Virus record (IMG/VR): IMGVR_UViG_3300025168_013869
Span: 1-63,378 of that record
Reading direction: 5' to 3' (one strand)
DNA from: a virus
Lineage: Duplodnaviria; Caudoviricetes
Length of the DNA: 63,378 bases
Shown: in pieces, positions 29,708 to 39,835 of the stretch
Layout: the number at the start of each line of letters is the position of its first letter
How positions within the stretch are numbered: the stretch's first letter is position 1
Translations under genes and position numbers: made by a program
Notes under the pieces: generated by a model
What the model was told of the DNA's origin: nothing
Databases searched by the model: none
The model's input: only the letters and a program-made list of their open reading frames with translations

Positions 29708-30694
29708 TTACTTAATTTTATTTATACTATAAACTTCTAACCAATGATCACACATTTCATGCATCATAGATTCAAATGTATATTCTGGTTTCCATCCTAG
29801 TTCTGTTTTTATTTTAGTCGGATCTCCTTTAAGGTATGGTAACTCCTCTGGTCTTAAGAACTTTGGGTTTTGAGTGACATATTCTTTATAATCTAGTCCT
29901 AGATACTTAAATACTAAATCACACATTTCTCTAACCGAATGAGTTTTTCCTGTAGCTACTACCCAATCACCTGGTTCATCTTGTTGCATCATTAAGTGCA
30001 TTGCTCTAACATAATCTTTAGAATGGCCCCAATCTCTATATGAATCTATATTACCTAGTTCAAGTTTGTCTTGAAGACCTAACTTGATTCTTACAGCTGC
30101 CTTAACTACTTTATTAGTTACAAAATTACTTCCCCTCCTAGGCGACTCATGATTAAATAAAATTCCATTAACTGCATGTAGTTTATAAGCTCTTCTATAA
30201 TTTCTTACTATATTATACCCAAATACTTTTGAACAACCATATGGTGATACTGGATTCATTGGTGTTGTTTCTTTCTGGGAGTTATTTGATTCTATTGATA
30301 ACCCAAACATTTCAGATGAACTTGCTTGATAAAATTTTGCTTTTGGGCATGCTCTTCTATATGCTTCTAATACATTGAGTACACCCATTGCATTTGTTTG
30401 AACTGTAAATTGTGGAATATCAAAACTAATTCTTACATGGCTTTGGGCTGCTATGTTATATATCTCATCAGGTTGTATTTTATCTAATAACCTTTCTATA
30501 CCACCTTGATCTAATAAGTCGCCATAATATGTATGAACCATATCTTCCAAATGGGATATTCTACTGTCTTGTGTCTCTGCTGTAGAATGTCGTCTGACTA
30601 TTCCGTGCACTTCATATCCTAAGTTTAATAAGTATTCTGCTAAATAACTTCCATCTTGGCCTCCTATTCCTGTAATAAATGCTTTCTTTTTCAT
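29708..30694 (-). CDS. gmd: GDP-mannose 4,6-dehydratase
   Basis: ITGIGGQDGSYLAE, AAQSHVRISF, YQASSSEMFG, PYGCSK, LFNHESPRRG, RDWGH. Confidence 0.96.
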   Translation of the reverse strand: MKKKAFITGIGGQDGSYLAEYLLNLGYEVHGIVRRHSTAETQDSRISHLEDMVHTYYGDLLDQGGIERLLDKIQPDEIYNIAAQSHVRISFDIPQFTVQTNAMGVLNVLEAYRRACPKAKFYQASSSEMFGLSIESNNSQKETTPMNPVSPYGCSKVFGYNIVRNYRRAYKLHAVNGILFNHESPRRGSNFVTNKVVKAAVRIKLGLQDKLELGNIDSYRDWGHSKDYVRAMHLMMQQDEPGDWVVATGKTHSVREMCDLVFKYLGLDYKEYVTQNPKFLRPEELPYLKGDPTKIKTELGWKPEYTFESMMHEMCDHWLEVYSINKIK

Positions 30695-30696
30695 AA

Positions 30697-31335
30697 TTAT
30701 CTTGTTTGTAAATATATATCTACTTCATTTTTTTTATTGAATATTCTCATCTTTGATACATCTGGCCAATCATCTATTGACCATTGCCTTGGAGTTGTTT
30801 TTATTGCATCATCTAATTTATTTAGGCCTTGTTGTGCAGTTTCTGGTGTCATATAATAATGATATCCCATGGAACTAATGTCCTGATCTCCCCATGGAGA
30901 ATCTGGTGATCTACCATCGTATGACATTCGTTTAAGTTCGATTGCTGCATCTTTATTATCTGTTAATATAATACCTCCCCTACCCAGACTTAGGTGTTTC
31001 CTGAATTGAAAACTTATACACATAAATGATCTAGGAATATAACTATCCTCCTTCCATAGTATTGCAGCATCTATTATCGGATCAAAGCCTTCATGATTAG
31101 TTAGATAATAATAGTCTTTCCATTTTTCATCTGTCCATTTTAATTGAATACCTAATTTTTTAGAAAGAAATGGAACTGAGATATATGTATGCCTAGGAAC
31201 GTTAATATAACTAAAGTTTTGGTATCTTAAACATAATTCCAATCCATGTGTACAACAATCTACTGCAACTGCAAAAGGCGCACCAAAGAATTCTGCTATT
31301 TTATTCTCAAATGTTTTAATTACTTCAAAACTCAT
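30697..31335 (-). CDS. DegT/DnrJ/EryC1/StrS-family PLP enzyme (short form)
   Basis: FENKIAEFFG...AVAVDCCT, IIDAA, SFQFRKHL..G.GG with PLP Lys; only 212 aa. Confidence 0.75.
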   Translation of the reverse strand: MSFEVIKTFENKIAEFFGAPFAVAVDCCTHGLELCLRYQNFSYINVPRHTYISVPFLSKKLGIQLKWTDEKWKDYYYLTNHEGFDPIIDAAILWKEDSYIPRSFMCISFQFRKHLSLGRGGIILTDNKDAAIELKRMSYDGRSPDSPWGDQDISSMGYHYYMTPETAQQGLNKLDDAIKTTPRQWSIDDWPDVSKMRIFNKKNEVDIYLQTR

Positions 31336-31736
31336 ATTATTATATTATCAACTCTAAATGTATCTGATTCATAATCTTTGCCTCCTCTTTTCCCTTGTGA
31401 GAATACTACAAACTCATTACCTTCAGGTCCAATTCTTAATGCATGTATCTCATTAGGACCAGTCGAAACTAAATCTCCTTTGGTTGCTACAACCATCTTT
31501 GCTTTCTCATTTGAATTTACTGGCTTGTACCAGTATTCTAATGAACCTCTAGTCATTAGCATATGTTGAGTAGTTTCTTTATGATAATGATTTCCTCTAA
31601 TTGCGTTTGGTTCTGATATAACAGTTGCTACATGATTTATATCTTCTGCGTAAAATAAATCTACTATAGTACCTCTATCATCTATATGCATTTCTAATGG
31701 TTCTTCTACGTCTTTCCAAATATTTTTTATTTTCAT
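31332..31736 (-). CDS. Cupin, NDP-sugar 3,4-ketoisomerase/epimerase-like
   Basis: DDRG, RGNHYH, EIHA. Confidence 0.7.
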   Translation of the reverse strand: MKIKNIWKDVEEPLEMHIDDRGTIVDLFYAEDINHVATVISEPNAIRGNHYHKETTQHMLMTRGSLEYWYKPVNSNEKAKMVVATKGDLVSTGPNEIHALRIGPEGNEFVVFSQGKRGGKDYESDTFRVDNIII

Positions 31737-31740
31737 TATG

Positions 31741-32901
31741 TTATATTGTTAAAAATGTTATGTTTGCTTTACTAATTTTTTGTAGTTTTTCTTTTAATAA
31801 ATCTGATATATTCCATGAAAGTATTATTGCATATACTTCATCGTACTTTTCAAATACAGTTTTATCATCAAGTATAGGTATTCTAGTTAAAGGTGTATAT
31901 TTTCCAATTTTATACTCAGAAACATCAGTTACATAATCTAAAACAGTATTATCTATGTTATAGAAATTTAGAAATGTATTACCTTTGGCAGCTGCTCCTA
32001 TACCTACTATAGGTTTACCTGTTTTTGAAATTGCATACAATTTTTCTAGAAAGAGTGCTCTTGATTTTTTAATATCTTTCATAAATCTATCATACCGCTC
32101 TTGTGTAAATAGTCCTTCCTTTTCCTCTTGGTGTATAAACCTATTCACAGCTTCAGAAATAGAACATTTTCCTTTCTTAGCAAAAACTCTAATTGAACCA
32201 CCATGATAATCTACCCATTGTACATCATATACTGTTAGTCCAGCCTTTGCTAATAATTTTACTGCTGCTTTAACTGTAAAGTAACTAACATGTTCATGAT
32301 ATATTTGATCAAATCTTTTATCAACTATTGTATTATACCAATAAGGAACTTCAAATACAAATGTTCCTTTGTTTGATAATACTCTTTCTACATCTTTTGC
32401 AAATTCTAATGGATCATTTGCATGATTGAATACATTATTAGCTACTACTAAATCGTAACTATCAGATGACAGTGCATCATAACTAAATAAACCGCATATA
32501 GTATCTATACCTCTTTCATTTGCTATGTCACACATTTTTCTTGATGGATCAATTCCTAATACAGAATGACCTTGATCTTTAAATTGCTTAGAAAGATATC
32601 CATCATTAGATCCTATTTCAAGTACCTTACCAATTGTTTCCCAGAATACATTATTAGTTACAGATGTAGCAAATGAATCCCAATGTTCTCTAGATACTTT
32701 AGAATTAGCAGATGTATATGAATAATCATATAAATTATATCTTTGGTCTGCACTTGTTTCATATACTAATTTAACTAAACCTGATTCTTGATCTAATTTA
32801 CATTGTAATGGGTAAACTGGTTCTGGTAAGTTAAGTTGGGCTTCAGATACAAATGTGTCTGCAAATGGATGCATTCCTAAATCTATTATTATGTCTTTCA
32901 T
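31741..32901 (-). CDS. NDP-hexose C-methyltransferase
   Basis: LEIGSNDG, ANNVFNH, FDQIYHEHVSYF, HGGSIR, GAAAKGNT. Confidence 0.88.
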   Translation of the reverse strand: MKDIIIDLGMHPFADTFVSEAQLNLPEPVYPLQCKLDQESGLVKLVYETSADQRYNLYDYSYTSANSKVSREHWDSFATSVTNNVFWETIGKVLEIGSNDGYLSKQFKDQGHSVLGIDPSRKMCDIANERGIDTICGLFSYDALSSDSYDLVVANNVFNHANDPLEFAKDVERVLSNKGTFVFEVPYWYNTIVDKRFDQIYHEHVSYFTVKAAVKLLAKAGLTVYDVQWVDYHGGSIRVFAKKGKCSISEAVNRFIHQEEKEGLFTQERYDRFMKDIKKSRALFLEKLYAISKTGKPIVGIGAAAKGNTFLNFYNIDNTVLDYVTDVSEYKIGKYTPLTRIPILDDKTVFEKYDEVYAIILSWNISDLLKEKLQKISKANITFLTI

Positions 32902-33308
32902 TATATCTTTTCTTTATCTATATCTATACCAAAATATGGACCTGTTTTAAATTCATAGAATATAGTATCTTCTTCTACTACCTCTAATGAATGTCCACCT
33001 CTATATAATACAATACAATCACCATCAGTTAAAATAGACTCATATAGTATACTATTATCTAAATCATAAAAGATTCCTTTAACCTTTCCGTTCAATATTA
33101 TCCAAGCTTCTTGAGTTATATTAGTAGTTCTATCTATTTGTAAATGTTTATGTGCAGGTACTATAGTTCCTAATTTTAATTTTCTACCAGATACTTGTAA
33201 AAATTCTTCGTCCGGACTTAAATCTGTTCTATACTCTGATATCTCATGAAACCTTAGTTCTGATAGTATCAATTTTGTTGGATCTATTTTTGAGTATATT
33301 TTCTTCAT
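32901..33308 (-). CDS. Cupin-fold protein
   Basis: PAHKH...QEAW...GGHSL...EFKTGPY. Confidence 0.7.
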   Translation of the reverse strand: MKKIYSKIDPTKLILSELRFHEISEYRTDLSPDEEFLQVSGRKLKLGTIVPAHKHLQIDRTTNITQEAWIILNGKVKGIFYDLDNSILYESILTDGDCIVLYRGGHSLEVVEEDTIFYEFKTGPYFGIDIDKEKI

Positions 33309-33309
33309 A

Positions 33310-34035
33310 TTAAGCTATCTTATGTTTATTAAATATATCTAAAAGTTCTCGTGATAACAAGTCTTTTCCTAAAAAGTTATTAATATCTTTTGGTTCATCA
33401 GGTTTGAAGGCTCCTACATATATTGGCTTATTAGCTGAATTATATCTCATATCAAATTGAGTACAACCTACATTAAATTGGTTATTCAATAATGTAAATC
33501 TACGTTGTATATCTGGATATAGATTATAAACCATATTTACTATATTCTCATCACCTTTATTATCAACTGCGGGATGTGTTCTATTTTCTTTCATAAACTT
33601 GATAATTAATTCCCATATATCAACACTTGATGGTTTCACAAAAATTGATCCTGTATTCCATTGTTCTGCATTAATATATCTACACATTCCTATATCTGCA
33701 CCAAATGCTGGAAATTCAAATTTCTGTAGTGGCCAATCATCAAAATCATGAAACCAGAACGGTTCGGTGATTAATCCTTTATCTAATAATTCCCAAATAC
33801 CAAATTGTTTATTGAAATACTTATTAAATTTACATTCATGTTCTAATCTGATTATTGTAACATCTTTATATTCGAAATCTAAATTTGTACATATTACAAT
33901 GTCTTCAGCTTTCCAACCTAACTGTAAACTATTATCAATCTGTGCTCTGAAATAATTAAATAACTCTTCTTGTTGCCATTGGTGTCCATAAGTTACATCA
34001 TTAACAAAGTCTTGAAATATAACTACATTCTTCAT
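33310..34035 (-). CDS. Putative GT-A glycosyltransferase
   Basis: FHDFD, WNTGSIF, DENIVN motifs. Confidence 0.55.
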   Translation of the reverse strand: MKNVVIFQDFVNDVTYGHQWQQEELFNYFRAQIDNSLQLGWKAEDIVICTNLDFEYKDVTIIRLEHECKFNKYFNKQFGIWELLDKGLITEPFWFHDFDDWPLQKFEFPAFGADIGMCRYINAEQWNTGSIFVKPSSVDIWELIIKFMKENRTHPAVDNKGDENIVNMVYNLYPDIQRRFTLLNNQFNVGCTQFDMRYNSANKPIYVGAFKPDEPKDINNFLGKDLLSRELLDIFNKHKIA

Positions 34036-34658
34036 ATTGTTTCATAAAATGCATTTTGCTTTTCTTGTCTTCCAATATCCTTTGGATGGTATAAACAGAA
34101 TTTTTCTTCTGCTGGAAGATTTGCAAATTTAGTGTAACCTCGTAATTGTTCATGTACTGGTTTTATCCAATATATGTTTTCTATATTTCTATAGATTCTC
34201 ATTTGCCAGTCTGGAAAGTTAACCCATTTATCTTCATTTACTCTCCAGCCCCATTTAGCAATATGACCATCCGTAATACCTGCAACTGTGTTTACTCTTG
34301 GGACCCAATATGCTTCTACATCTGCATTTGATTCTAGAATAAATGGTAAAGCTTCTAATAGGTATTCATTTGGTATTTCATCTGCATCAATAGCAAATAT
34401 CCAATTACCATCACAATTCTTATTAAGATTGTTCTTATGTGCTGCAAAGTTTTTATTTAATTTATGCTCAATGAGTCTATATTCATCAAATGGTTTATTT
34501 TCAAACTTTTCGCATACACTCCATACTTCTTTAGTAGCAGTTGTATCCATTTGGACTACTACTTGATCTTCTTTTCTTTTATGCTCAAATAGAAATGTTA
34601 ATAATTTCTCTATTTCTTTGTGTTCATTACATACTGTAATTGCGTAACTAATTTTCAT
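34032..34658 (-). CDS. Glycosyltransferase family 2
   Basis: ISYAITVCNE, NFAAHKN, WIFAIDADE, PDWQMR, VHE. Confidence 0.88.
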   Translation of the reverse strand: MKISYAITVCNEHKEIEKLLTFLFEHKRKEDQVVVQMDTTATKEVWSVCEKFENKPFDEYRLIEHKLNKNFAAHKNNLNKNCDGNWIFAIDADEIPNEYLLEALPFILESNADVEAYWVPRVNTVAGITDGHIAKWGWRVNEDKWVNFPDWQMRIYRNIENIYWIKPVHEQLRGYTKFANLPAEEKFCLYHPKDIGRQEKQNAFYETI

Positions 34659-34659
34659 A

Positions 34660-35175
34660 TTATTTTCCTATTATAGAATAGAATTTATCCATTGCACTCT
34701 TGAACTCTTTTTGTGGATATGGTATTGCATTTTCAATATCTATTATATGAGTATGGTATTCAACTGGGTCTTTACCTTCTACTGGATATTCTATTCTTTC
34801 ATCAAGCGTTAACTCTCTTACTAATGCAAGCTTCCATTCATAATTATCTTTATCCATTCCTTCTGCATATAAACAAGCAGCTGGAGTTCTTAATGTTACT
34901 AGATACCATATTTGATCTAATAAATTATCTGCATACTTAGTATCTTTATATAGTTGTGGAATTCTTGTTTCATATTCTGTTACTGCATCACTTCCAAACT
35001 TAAGTTTTTCTGTTGTAGTATATCCAGTTTCCATACATATACGAGATTCTATATTTGTGGCTTCGTCTGCTTCTATTAAGACACATTTATTTCCTGTAAA
35101 TGGAGAGATATCATCATAATCTAATTTTAACCCTGCCGGGTTTGTAATTTCTATTTTTGTTTTTTCTTCTTTCAT
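34660..35175 (-). CDS. Hypothetical protein
   Basis: 171 aa, translationally coupled to its neighbours. Confidence 0.65.
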   Translation of the reverse strand: MKEEKTKIEITNPAGLKLDYDDISPFTGNKCVLIEADEATNIESRICMETGYTTTEKLKFGSDAVTEYETRIPQLYKDTKYADNLLDQIWYLVTLRTPAACLYAEGMDKDNYEWKLALVRELTLDERIEYPVEGKDPVEYHTHIIDIENAIPYPQKEFKSAMDKFYSIIGK

Positions 35176-36518
35176 GCTTCTACCTTTTTTAATTTTGGTA
35201 ATTTTAATTTAGGTACACTACCAACCTTTTGTAGTTTTGGTAATTTTAATTGAACTTGTTCAGGTGTATTTACTTTAGATAATATCTCAGTAAATCTTTC
35301 TGTCATATTGTCCATACTAAAATTATTACGTATATGTTGAGATTGTTTTCTAGATTTTTCTAGATATTTTTTATAATGTTTATATACATCCTTTAATACT
35401 TTACTTGCGTATTGATATTGTACAGTAAACCACCTAGAATCTTTTAATAAAAATCGATCGGCTGATGATTGATGAACTGGTTTCAATTCTCCAGGTAATA
35501 AGTTTGTATACATTGGATGTAAAAAGTCTAGGTGTCCTGACCAATTAGATGCTATTATTGGTTTACCTGTTAATCCAAATTCAGCTAATGGCCTTCCATA
35601 TCCTTCACCTTTTGTAAATGACACCATGGCTTTTACTTTAGGATGATTATATAATGAATTCATTTCATTATCTGTTAAGTCTCCATGTAAGAGATATACA
35701 TTTGGTGCAGAGGAACCATATGGTTCTAAAATTGATGATACCTTTTCTTGTATATGATCTCTATCCATAATACTAAAAACTGCTCCGCTTACCTTCAAGA
35801 TTAAGGCTGGCTTATTCTTTGATTGACCATTTTTGAATGTTTCACAGAATGTTTTAATTGTCATTCCTAAATCTTTCCTATCCTCTCCTAAGGATCCTTT
35901 TATCCAATGGCCTACTACAAGATAACAAAACTGTTCTGGTATTTGTGATAATTCGTTTATAACTGATTTATCTAATTGGTCTGTTTTGTGATATATATCT
36001 AAATCAGTTCCTTCAAATAATACTTCGATAGGTGTTGTACATCTTAATTCACCTTCTTTTTGTTTTGACTCATTATTGATTTTATCAAATGCAGTCTTTA
36101 CAATTGTATCAGCTGTAAAATTTGATGTCGCAATTACCATATCCATTCTATTACATCCTTCAATGCAATCTGCTGGCATAACAGTTGTTTCAACTCCTGC
36201 CGTAACACCAATATTAAATTTTCCTGGTTTTACTAGTTGGCCATTAGGACCCATACAAAATTCATTTGGAACTGAAACTTGTATAAATATATCTGGCTGG
36301 CGTTGTAAATTTGTTGTTAATAAGCAATTAATAATTTCTGCATCTTTTGGGTCCTGTTGATTTAATGCATTCATTGGACAGTTACCCCATGGTAAAGATA
36401 TAATCTTAATATCATACTTATTCATTGCAATTAAACTTCTTACAAGATCTCTTGTATGGTTTCCATAACCTGATCTAGTTGCTACTGGTCCTTGTACTAC
36501 TATTAATGGTTTTGTCAT
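35172..36518 (-). CDS. GT-B (GT4-like) glycosyltransferase
   Basis: SGYG, RKD, KGEGYGRPLAEF...KPIIAS..SGH.DF. Confidence 0.85.
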   Translation of the reverse strand: MTKPLIVVQGPVATRSGYGNHTRDLVRSLIAMNKYDIKIISLPWGNCPMNALNQQDPKDAEIINCLLTTNLQRQPDIFIQVSVPNEFCMGPNGQLVKPGKFNIGVTAGVETTVMPADCIEGCNRMDMVIATSNFTADTIVKTAFDKINNESKQKEGELRCTTPIEVLFEGTDLDIYHKTDQLDKSVINELSQIPEQFCYLVVGHWIKGSLGEDRKDLGMTIKTFCETFKNGQSKNKPALILKVSGAVFSIMDRDHIQEKVSSILEPYGSSAPNVYLLHGDLTDNEMNSLYNHPKVKAMVSFTKGEGYGRPLAEFGLTGKPIIASNWSGHLDFLHPMYTNLLPGELKPVHQSSADRFLLKDSRWFTVQYQYASKVLKDVYKHYKKYLEKSRKQSQHIRNNFSMDNMTERFTEILSKVNTPEQVQLKLPKLQKVGSVPKLKLPKLKKVEA

Positions 36519-37972
36519 ATTATAACTCCTGGTTTTTCTATTTTTTGTTGTGGTTCTGATTTATACATGGTAAATCTTTTTCTGGGGGTCCAGTTTGTAA
36601 AACAACCATCTATATATTTCACCATTAATTTACACATATTCTTTGCTGACATATTAGCCTCATCTCCTATTACCCAATCATATCCAGCTTCTCCGCATTC
36701 CTCTCTTTCTTCTTTGGACATATCATACCAATACTTTATTGCAACTGCTACATCTTCAAAATTTGCTCTATCAGAAAATATATAAGGTGTCATTGGTGAT
36801 CCTTGTAGAGACCTACATGCAGGGAATACTGGTTTTGCCCATACTCCACATTTCTTATATGTTCCTGTATGGTTTGATGGAAAATCTGTTGTGAATTCAA
36901 TCCATTTTCCATTTTCATCTTCAAATCTCATATGATCTTGTAACCCACCTGTTACATTATTAATGATAGGTGTTTTAGTTATTAATGATTCTGCTCCTGA
37001 TAACCCAAATCCTTCGTTATCTGCAATATTAATTGTTACATCAGCTATATTATAAAAGAAATTTAATGTTTTAAGATCTACTCCTCCATTAGTTATTTCA
37101 ATTTTATAATCTGGACATAATGCCGTTTTCACTGCTCTTAGATCTGTACCATTTTCATCACTGATTTGGGTATTCATTAATAATAGACATTTATCAGCCT
37201 TTTCCTTTGGTAGAGAATCACAGAATGTCTTGTATGATAAAATTAAATCACCTGGCTGTTTCCTTCTAATATTTCTATTGTTCCAAAACAAAATAAAGTC
37301 TACATTATGTTTCTTCTTAAAACTATCTTCAAAGTTTGAATATGCTGTAAAGTCTGAATGTAGTGCATCAATCGGATAAAATTCTTTTTCATTAATTCCA
37401 TGAGGAACATATTGAACTGCCCAATCTGGTTTAGGATGTTTTCTAATTACATTCTTTACAATATTTTGGGTTTGTCTTGATATATTCATTATCAAATCAC
37501 ATGATTCATAAAATGGTTCATTCCAGAATGGATATGGTACATCATCCCATATATTAAGATACATTAATGGAACTTCTTGTCTTAATTCATGTTCCATATT
37601 ATATAACCATCCCCAAAATCTTGGATCAGTAAAGTGTAGTATTGCATCTGGTTTTTCTATCTTAAGCAATTCTCGTAATTTTTGAGGATTTCCATATCCT
37701 GTTGATGCATATACCTTAAGATATGCATCTTGTATGCCTTGTTTCTGGCCTACCTCTTGTGATAAATCAAATACTTGATTTTCTTGTGGATGTTTAACTG
37801 CTCCTCCTAATTGTACCCAATCATATTTATCTAATGTTCCAAAAACGAAATCACGTGATACATTTGCTATACCAGAATGCATTCTTAAATCATCTGATAA
37901 TAGTAATATCTTTTTCTTTTTTGGTTTGTTTGGGTCAATCTGTCTTAGCTTTGGTAACTTTATTGTTTGCAT
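36515..37972 (-). CDS. GT-B (GT4-like) glycosyltransferase
   Basis: SGIA, VPHGI, NRNIRRK, NEGFGLSGAES...TPII..TGG. Confidence 0.85.
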   Translation of the reverse strand: MQTIKLPKLRQIDPNKPKKKKILLLSDDLRMHSGIANVSRDFVFGTLDKYDWVQLGGAVKHPQENQVFDLSQEVGQKQGIQDAYLKVYASTGYGNPQKLRELLKIEKPDAILHFTDPRFWGWLYNMEHELRQEVPLMYLNIWDDVPYPFWNEPFYESCDLIMNISRQTQNIVKNVIRKHPKPDWAVQYVPHGINEKEFYPIDALHSDFTAYSNFEDSFKKKHNVDFILFWNNRNIRRKQPGDLILSYKTFCDSLPKEKADKCLLLMNTQISDENGTDLRAVKTALCPDYKIEITNGGVDLKTLNFFYNIADVTINIADNEGFGLSGAESLITKTPIINNVTGGLQDHMRFEDENGKWIEFTTDFPSNHTGTYKKCGVWAKPVFPACRSLQGSPMTPYIFSDRANFEDVAVAIKYWYDMSKEEREECGEAGYDWVIGDEANMSAKNMCKLMVKYIDGCFTNWTPRKRFTMYKSEPQQKIEKPGVII

Positions 37973-38003
37973 ATAATTCTCCTATAACCGTTCTTTTAAT
38001 TTA

Positions 38004-38014
38004 ATATAAATATG
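38004..38014 (-). promoter_or_regulatory. Class B motif CATATTTATAT
   Basis: Intergenic, upstream of ATG 37972 at the head of the glycosyltransferase run. Confidence 0.6.
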
Positions 38015-38026
38015 CTTATGCATACT

Positions 38027-38212
38027 TTAACCTTTAATTTTTCTGAAAATAAATTTATCAATTGGCCAGAATACTATTGCTCCTACAAATTGAAATCCAA
38101 TAATTGTAGCCCAATGTGGCCAATGAAATATATCTTCAAATAAATACATACATGGTAATGATACTATGATACCTAATTGCCATTTAGCATGATATGTTAA
38201 ATATTTTTTCAT
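38027..38212 (-). CDS. Small two-TM membrane protein
   Basis: 61 aa, two hydrophobic helices; ATGA overlap. Confidence 0.55.
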   Translation of the reverse strand: MKKYLTYHAKWQLGIIVSLPCMYLFEDIFHWPHWATIIGFQFVGAIVFWPIDKFIFRKIKG

Positions 38213-38502
38213 AATTCTTCTATTCTTTTTGTTTTATCACATATTAATAAATCATAAGCAGGTTTTTCACCAACACTTAAGTTGTGATGTTTACACCCCC
38301 ATAATTCTAATTGTTTCTTAGTTGTCAGTACCCAATCTAGTCCAGTAACCGTTCCTCTCGCTGTCCAATATGTTATTTCATTTCCTTCATCATATAGCTT
38401 ATTTATTTTAGCTATATTTTCCATATTAGGAATTGCATCTGGATAATGTCTTTCTTCATCATAGAAACATATTGTTTCGTCGATATCTACATATATTTTC
38501 AT
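38209..38502 (-). CDS. Capless HAD-family phosphatase
   Basis: VDIDET, WTARG, KP, ICDK. Confidence 0.8.
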   Translation of the reverse strand: MKIYVDIDETICFYDEERHYPDAIPNMENIAKINKLYDEGNEITYWTARGTVTGLDWVLTTKKQLELWGCKHHNLSVGEKPAYDLLICDKTKRIEEL

Positions 38503-38900
38503 GATACTATTGTTACTGGTTTATTTAATTTTTTAACAGTCTTAATTGCACTTAAACTACCATTTGCATCACAGCCATTTGGAATAAATGCCATCATTAC
38601 ATCACAATCTTTTGCTATTAGCATATTTCTATGATGGAACTGTGATACATGATATGTTTTATTATAATAATTATCTGTCATAGCTGAGTATAAGTTTTTT
38701 GTTGTATGAGCTGGATTGAATTCTTTATATTTAATTCCAAATTCCAATGCATACTTTCTTGCAAATTTATCAGCTCCATCTTTTGCTCCTCCCGATATGA
38801 TAATTAGATCGTCATTGAATTTTTCTTTTAGTTGAAATAATGTATCTTTTATTTTACGTGTATTTTCATACATCCGACTACCTATTATTGCTACTTTCAT
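38499..38900 (-). CDS. SLOG-superfamily (DprA/YspA-like) nucleotide-binding protein
   Basis: VAIIGSR, ISGGAKDGAD, RN, GS motifs. Confidence 0.75.
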   Translation of the reverse strand: MKVAIIGSRMYENTRKIKDTLFQLKEKFNDDLIIISGGAKDGADKFARKYALEFGIKYKEFNPAHTTKNLYSAMTDNYYNKTYHVSQFHHRNMLIAKDCDVMMAFIPNGCDANGSLSAIKTVKKLNKPVTIVS

Positions 38901-39832
38901 TCTTTAATTCTATTTGCTTTTGGACATAAATCAAATTGATCTTTAAATTCACACCATTTACAATGTTTATTATTTTTTCCAGCTACTGCTACATGTTGTT
39001 TATCTATATAAGAACCATCTAATGCAAAGTTTAAATCAACGAATGACTTAATCGAACTGGCTAATTTATTTCTAGTTGGTTTTCCACTAGCAGGCATAAA
39101 TTCTGTAACGCGTTTCTGAGGAAACATTGCTCCATCAATTAACTTACGTTTCATTATCATATACTTGATATCAATTTTCTCTACATCATATCCATATTGT
39201 TCTGCAAAGTACTTTTTATATAGTACCAATTGTGATGTCTTTGTCTTATCAGCTTTTTGATATTTATTCCATCCCATTGTACTAGTTTTAATATCAATAA
39301 TAGTTATTTTACCATCTCTCTTATCTCTTACTACTATATCTAAATAACCTAACATCATAACCACATCATTAGTATCATTTACTGGATGATAAATTGGAAC
39401 TTCAATTCCTAATAATTCTTCATTCTTTGCAGAGAAATATTGTCCTCGTTTCTTTTTGAACCAATCAAGTATTTCAACACCATCAGAATAAAATTCGTTT
39501 AGTTCTTTTTGTGTACTAAAATGCTTTCCATCCATTTTCTCAACAGCTTCTTTATATAAAGAATGCATTTGATCTGCCAAATATTTATTAATATCAATTT
39601 GGTCAGCTTTCTTAACAGACTCATTAAACATTACAGTTAAATAATTTTGTAATGTTTCATGGAATGCTGTTCCAAATATTGTATGTATTGATTGATTGAA
39701 AGTTCTTAGACCTTTAACATATGCTAACTCCCAATGCTTAGGACAACTGGAATACATTGCAAATTGAGAATAAGATATCTTTTTGTCGCCTTTGACAGGC
39801 TCTCTTTGGTTATACTTTAAAAATTTATTCAT
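38897..39832 (-). CDS. PD-(D/E)XK exonuclease, Cas4/RecB-like with four Cys
   Basis: SYSQ...CP, GTAFH, E, GYLD, IIDIKT, QLVLY, CKWC...C. Confidence 0.85.
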   Translation of the reverse strand: MNKFLKYNQREPVKGDKKISYSQFAMYSSCPKHWELAYVKGLRTFNQSIHTIFGTAFHETLQNYLTVMFNESVKKADQIDINKYLADQMHSLYKEAVEKMDGKHFSTQKELNEFYSDGVEILDWFKKKRGQYFSAKNEELLGIEVPIYHPVNDTNDVVMMLGYLDIVVRDKRDGKITIIDIKTSTMGWNKYQKADKTKTSQLVLYKKYFAEQYGYDVEKIDIKYMIMKRKLIDGAMFPQKRVTEFMPASGKPTRNKLASSIKSFVDLNFALDGSYIDKQHVAVAGKNNKHCKWCEFKDQFDLCPKANRIKE

Positions 39833-39835
39833 ATA

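Noticed and set aside
38897-39832. Cas4-like nuclease as part of a CRISPR-Cas system
   Set aside because: No cas1/cas2 or array; standalone Cas4-like exonucleases are common in phage replication regions
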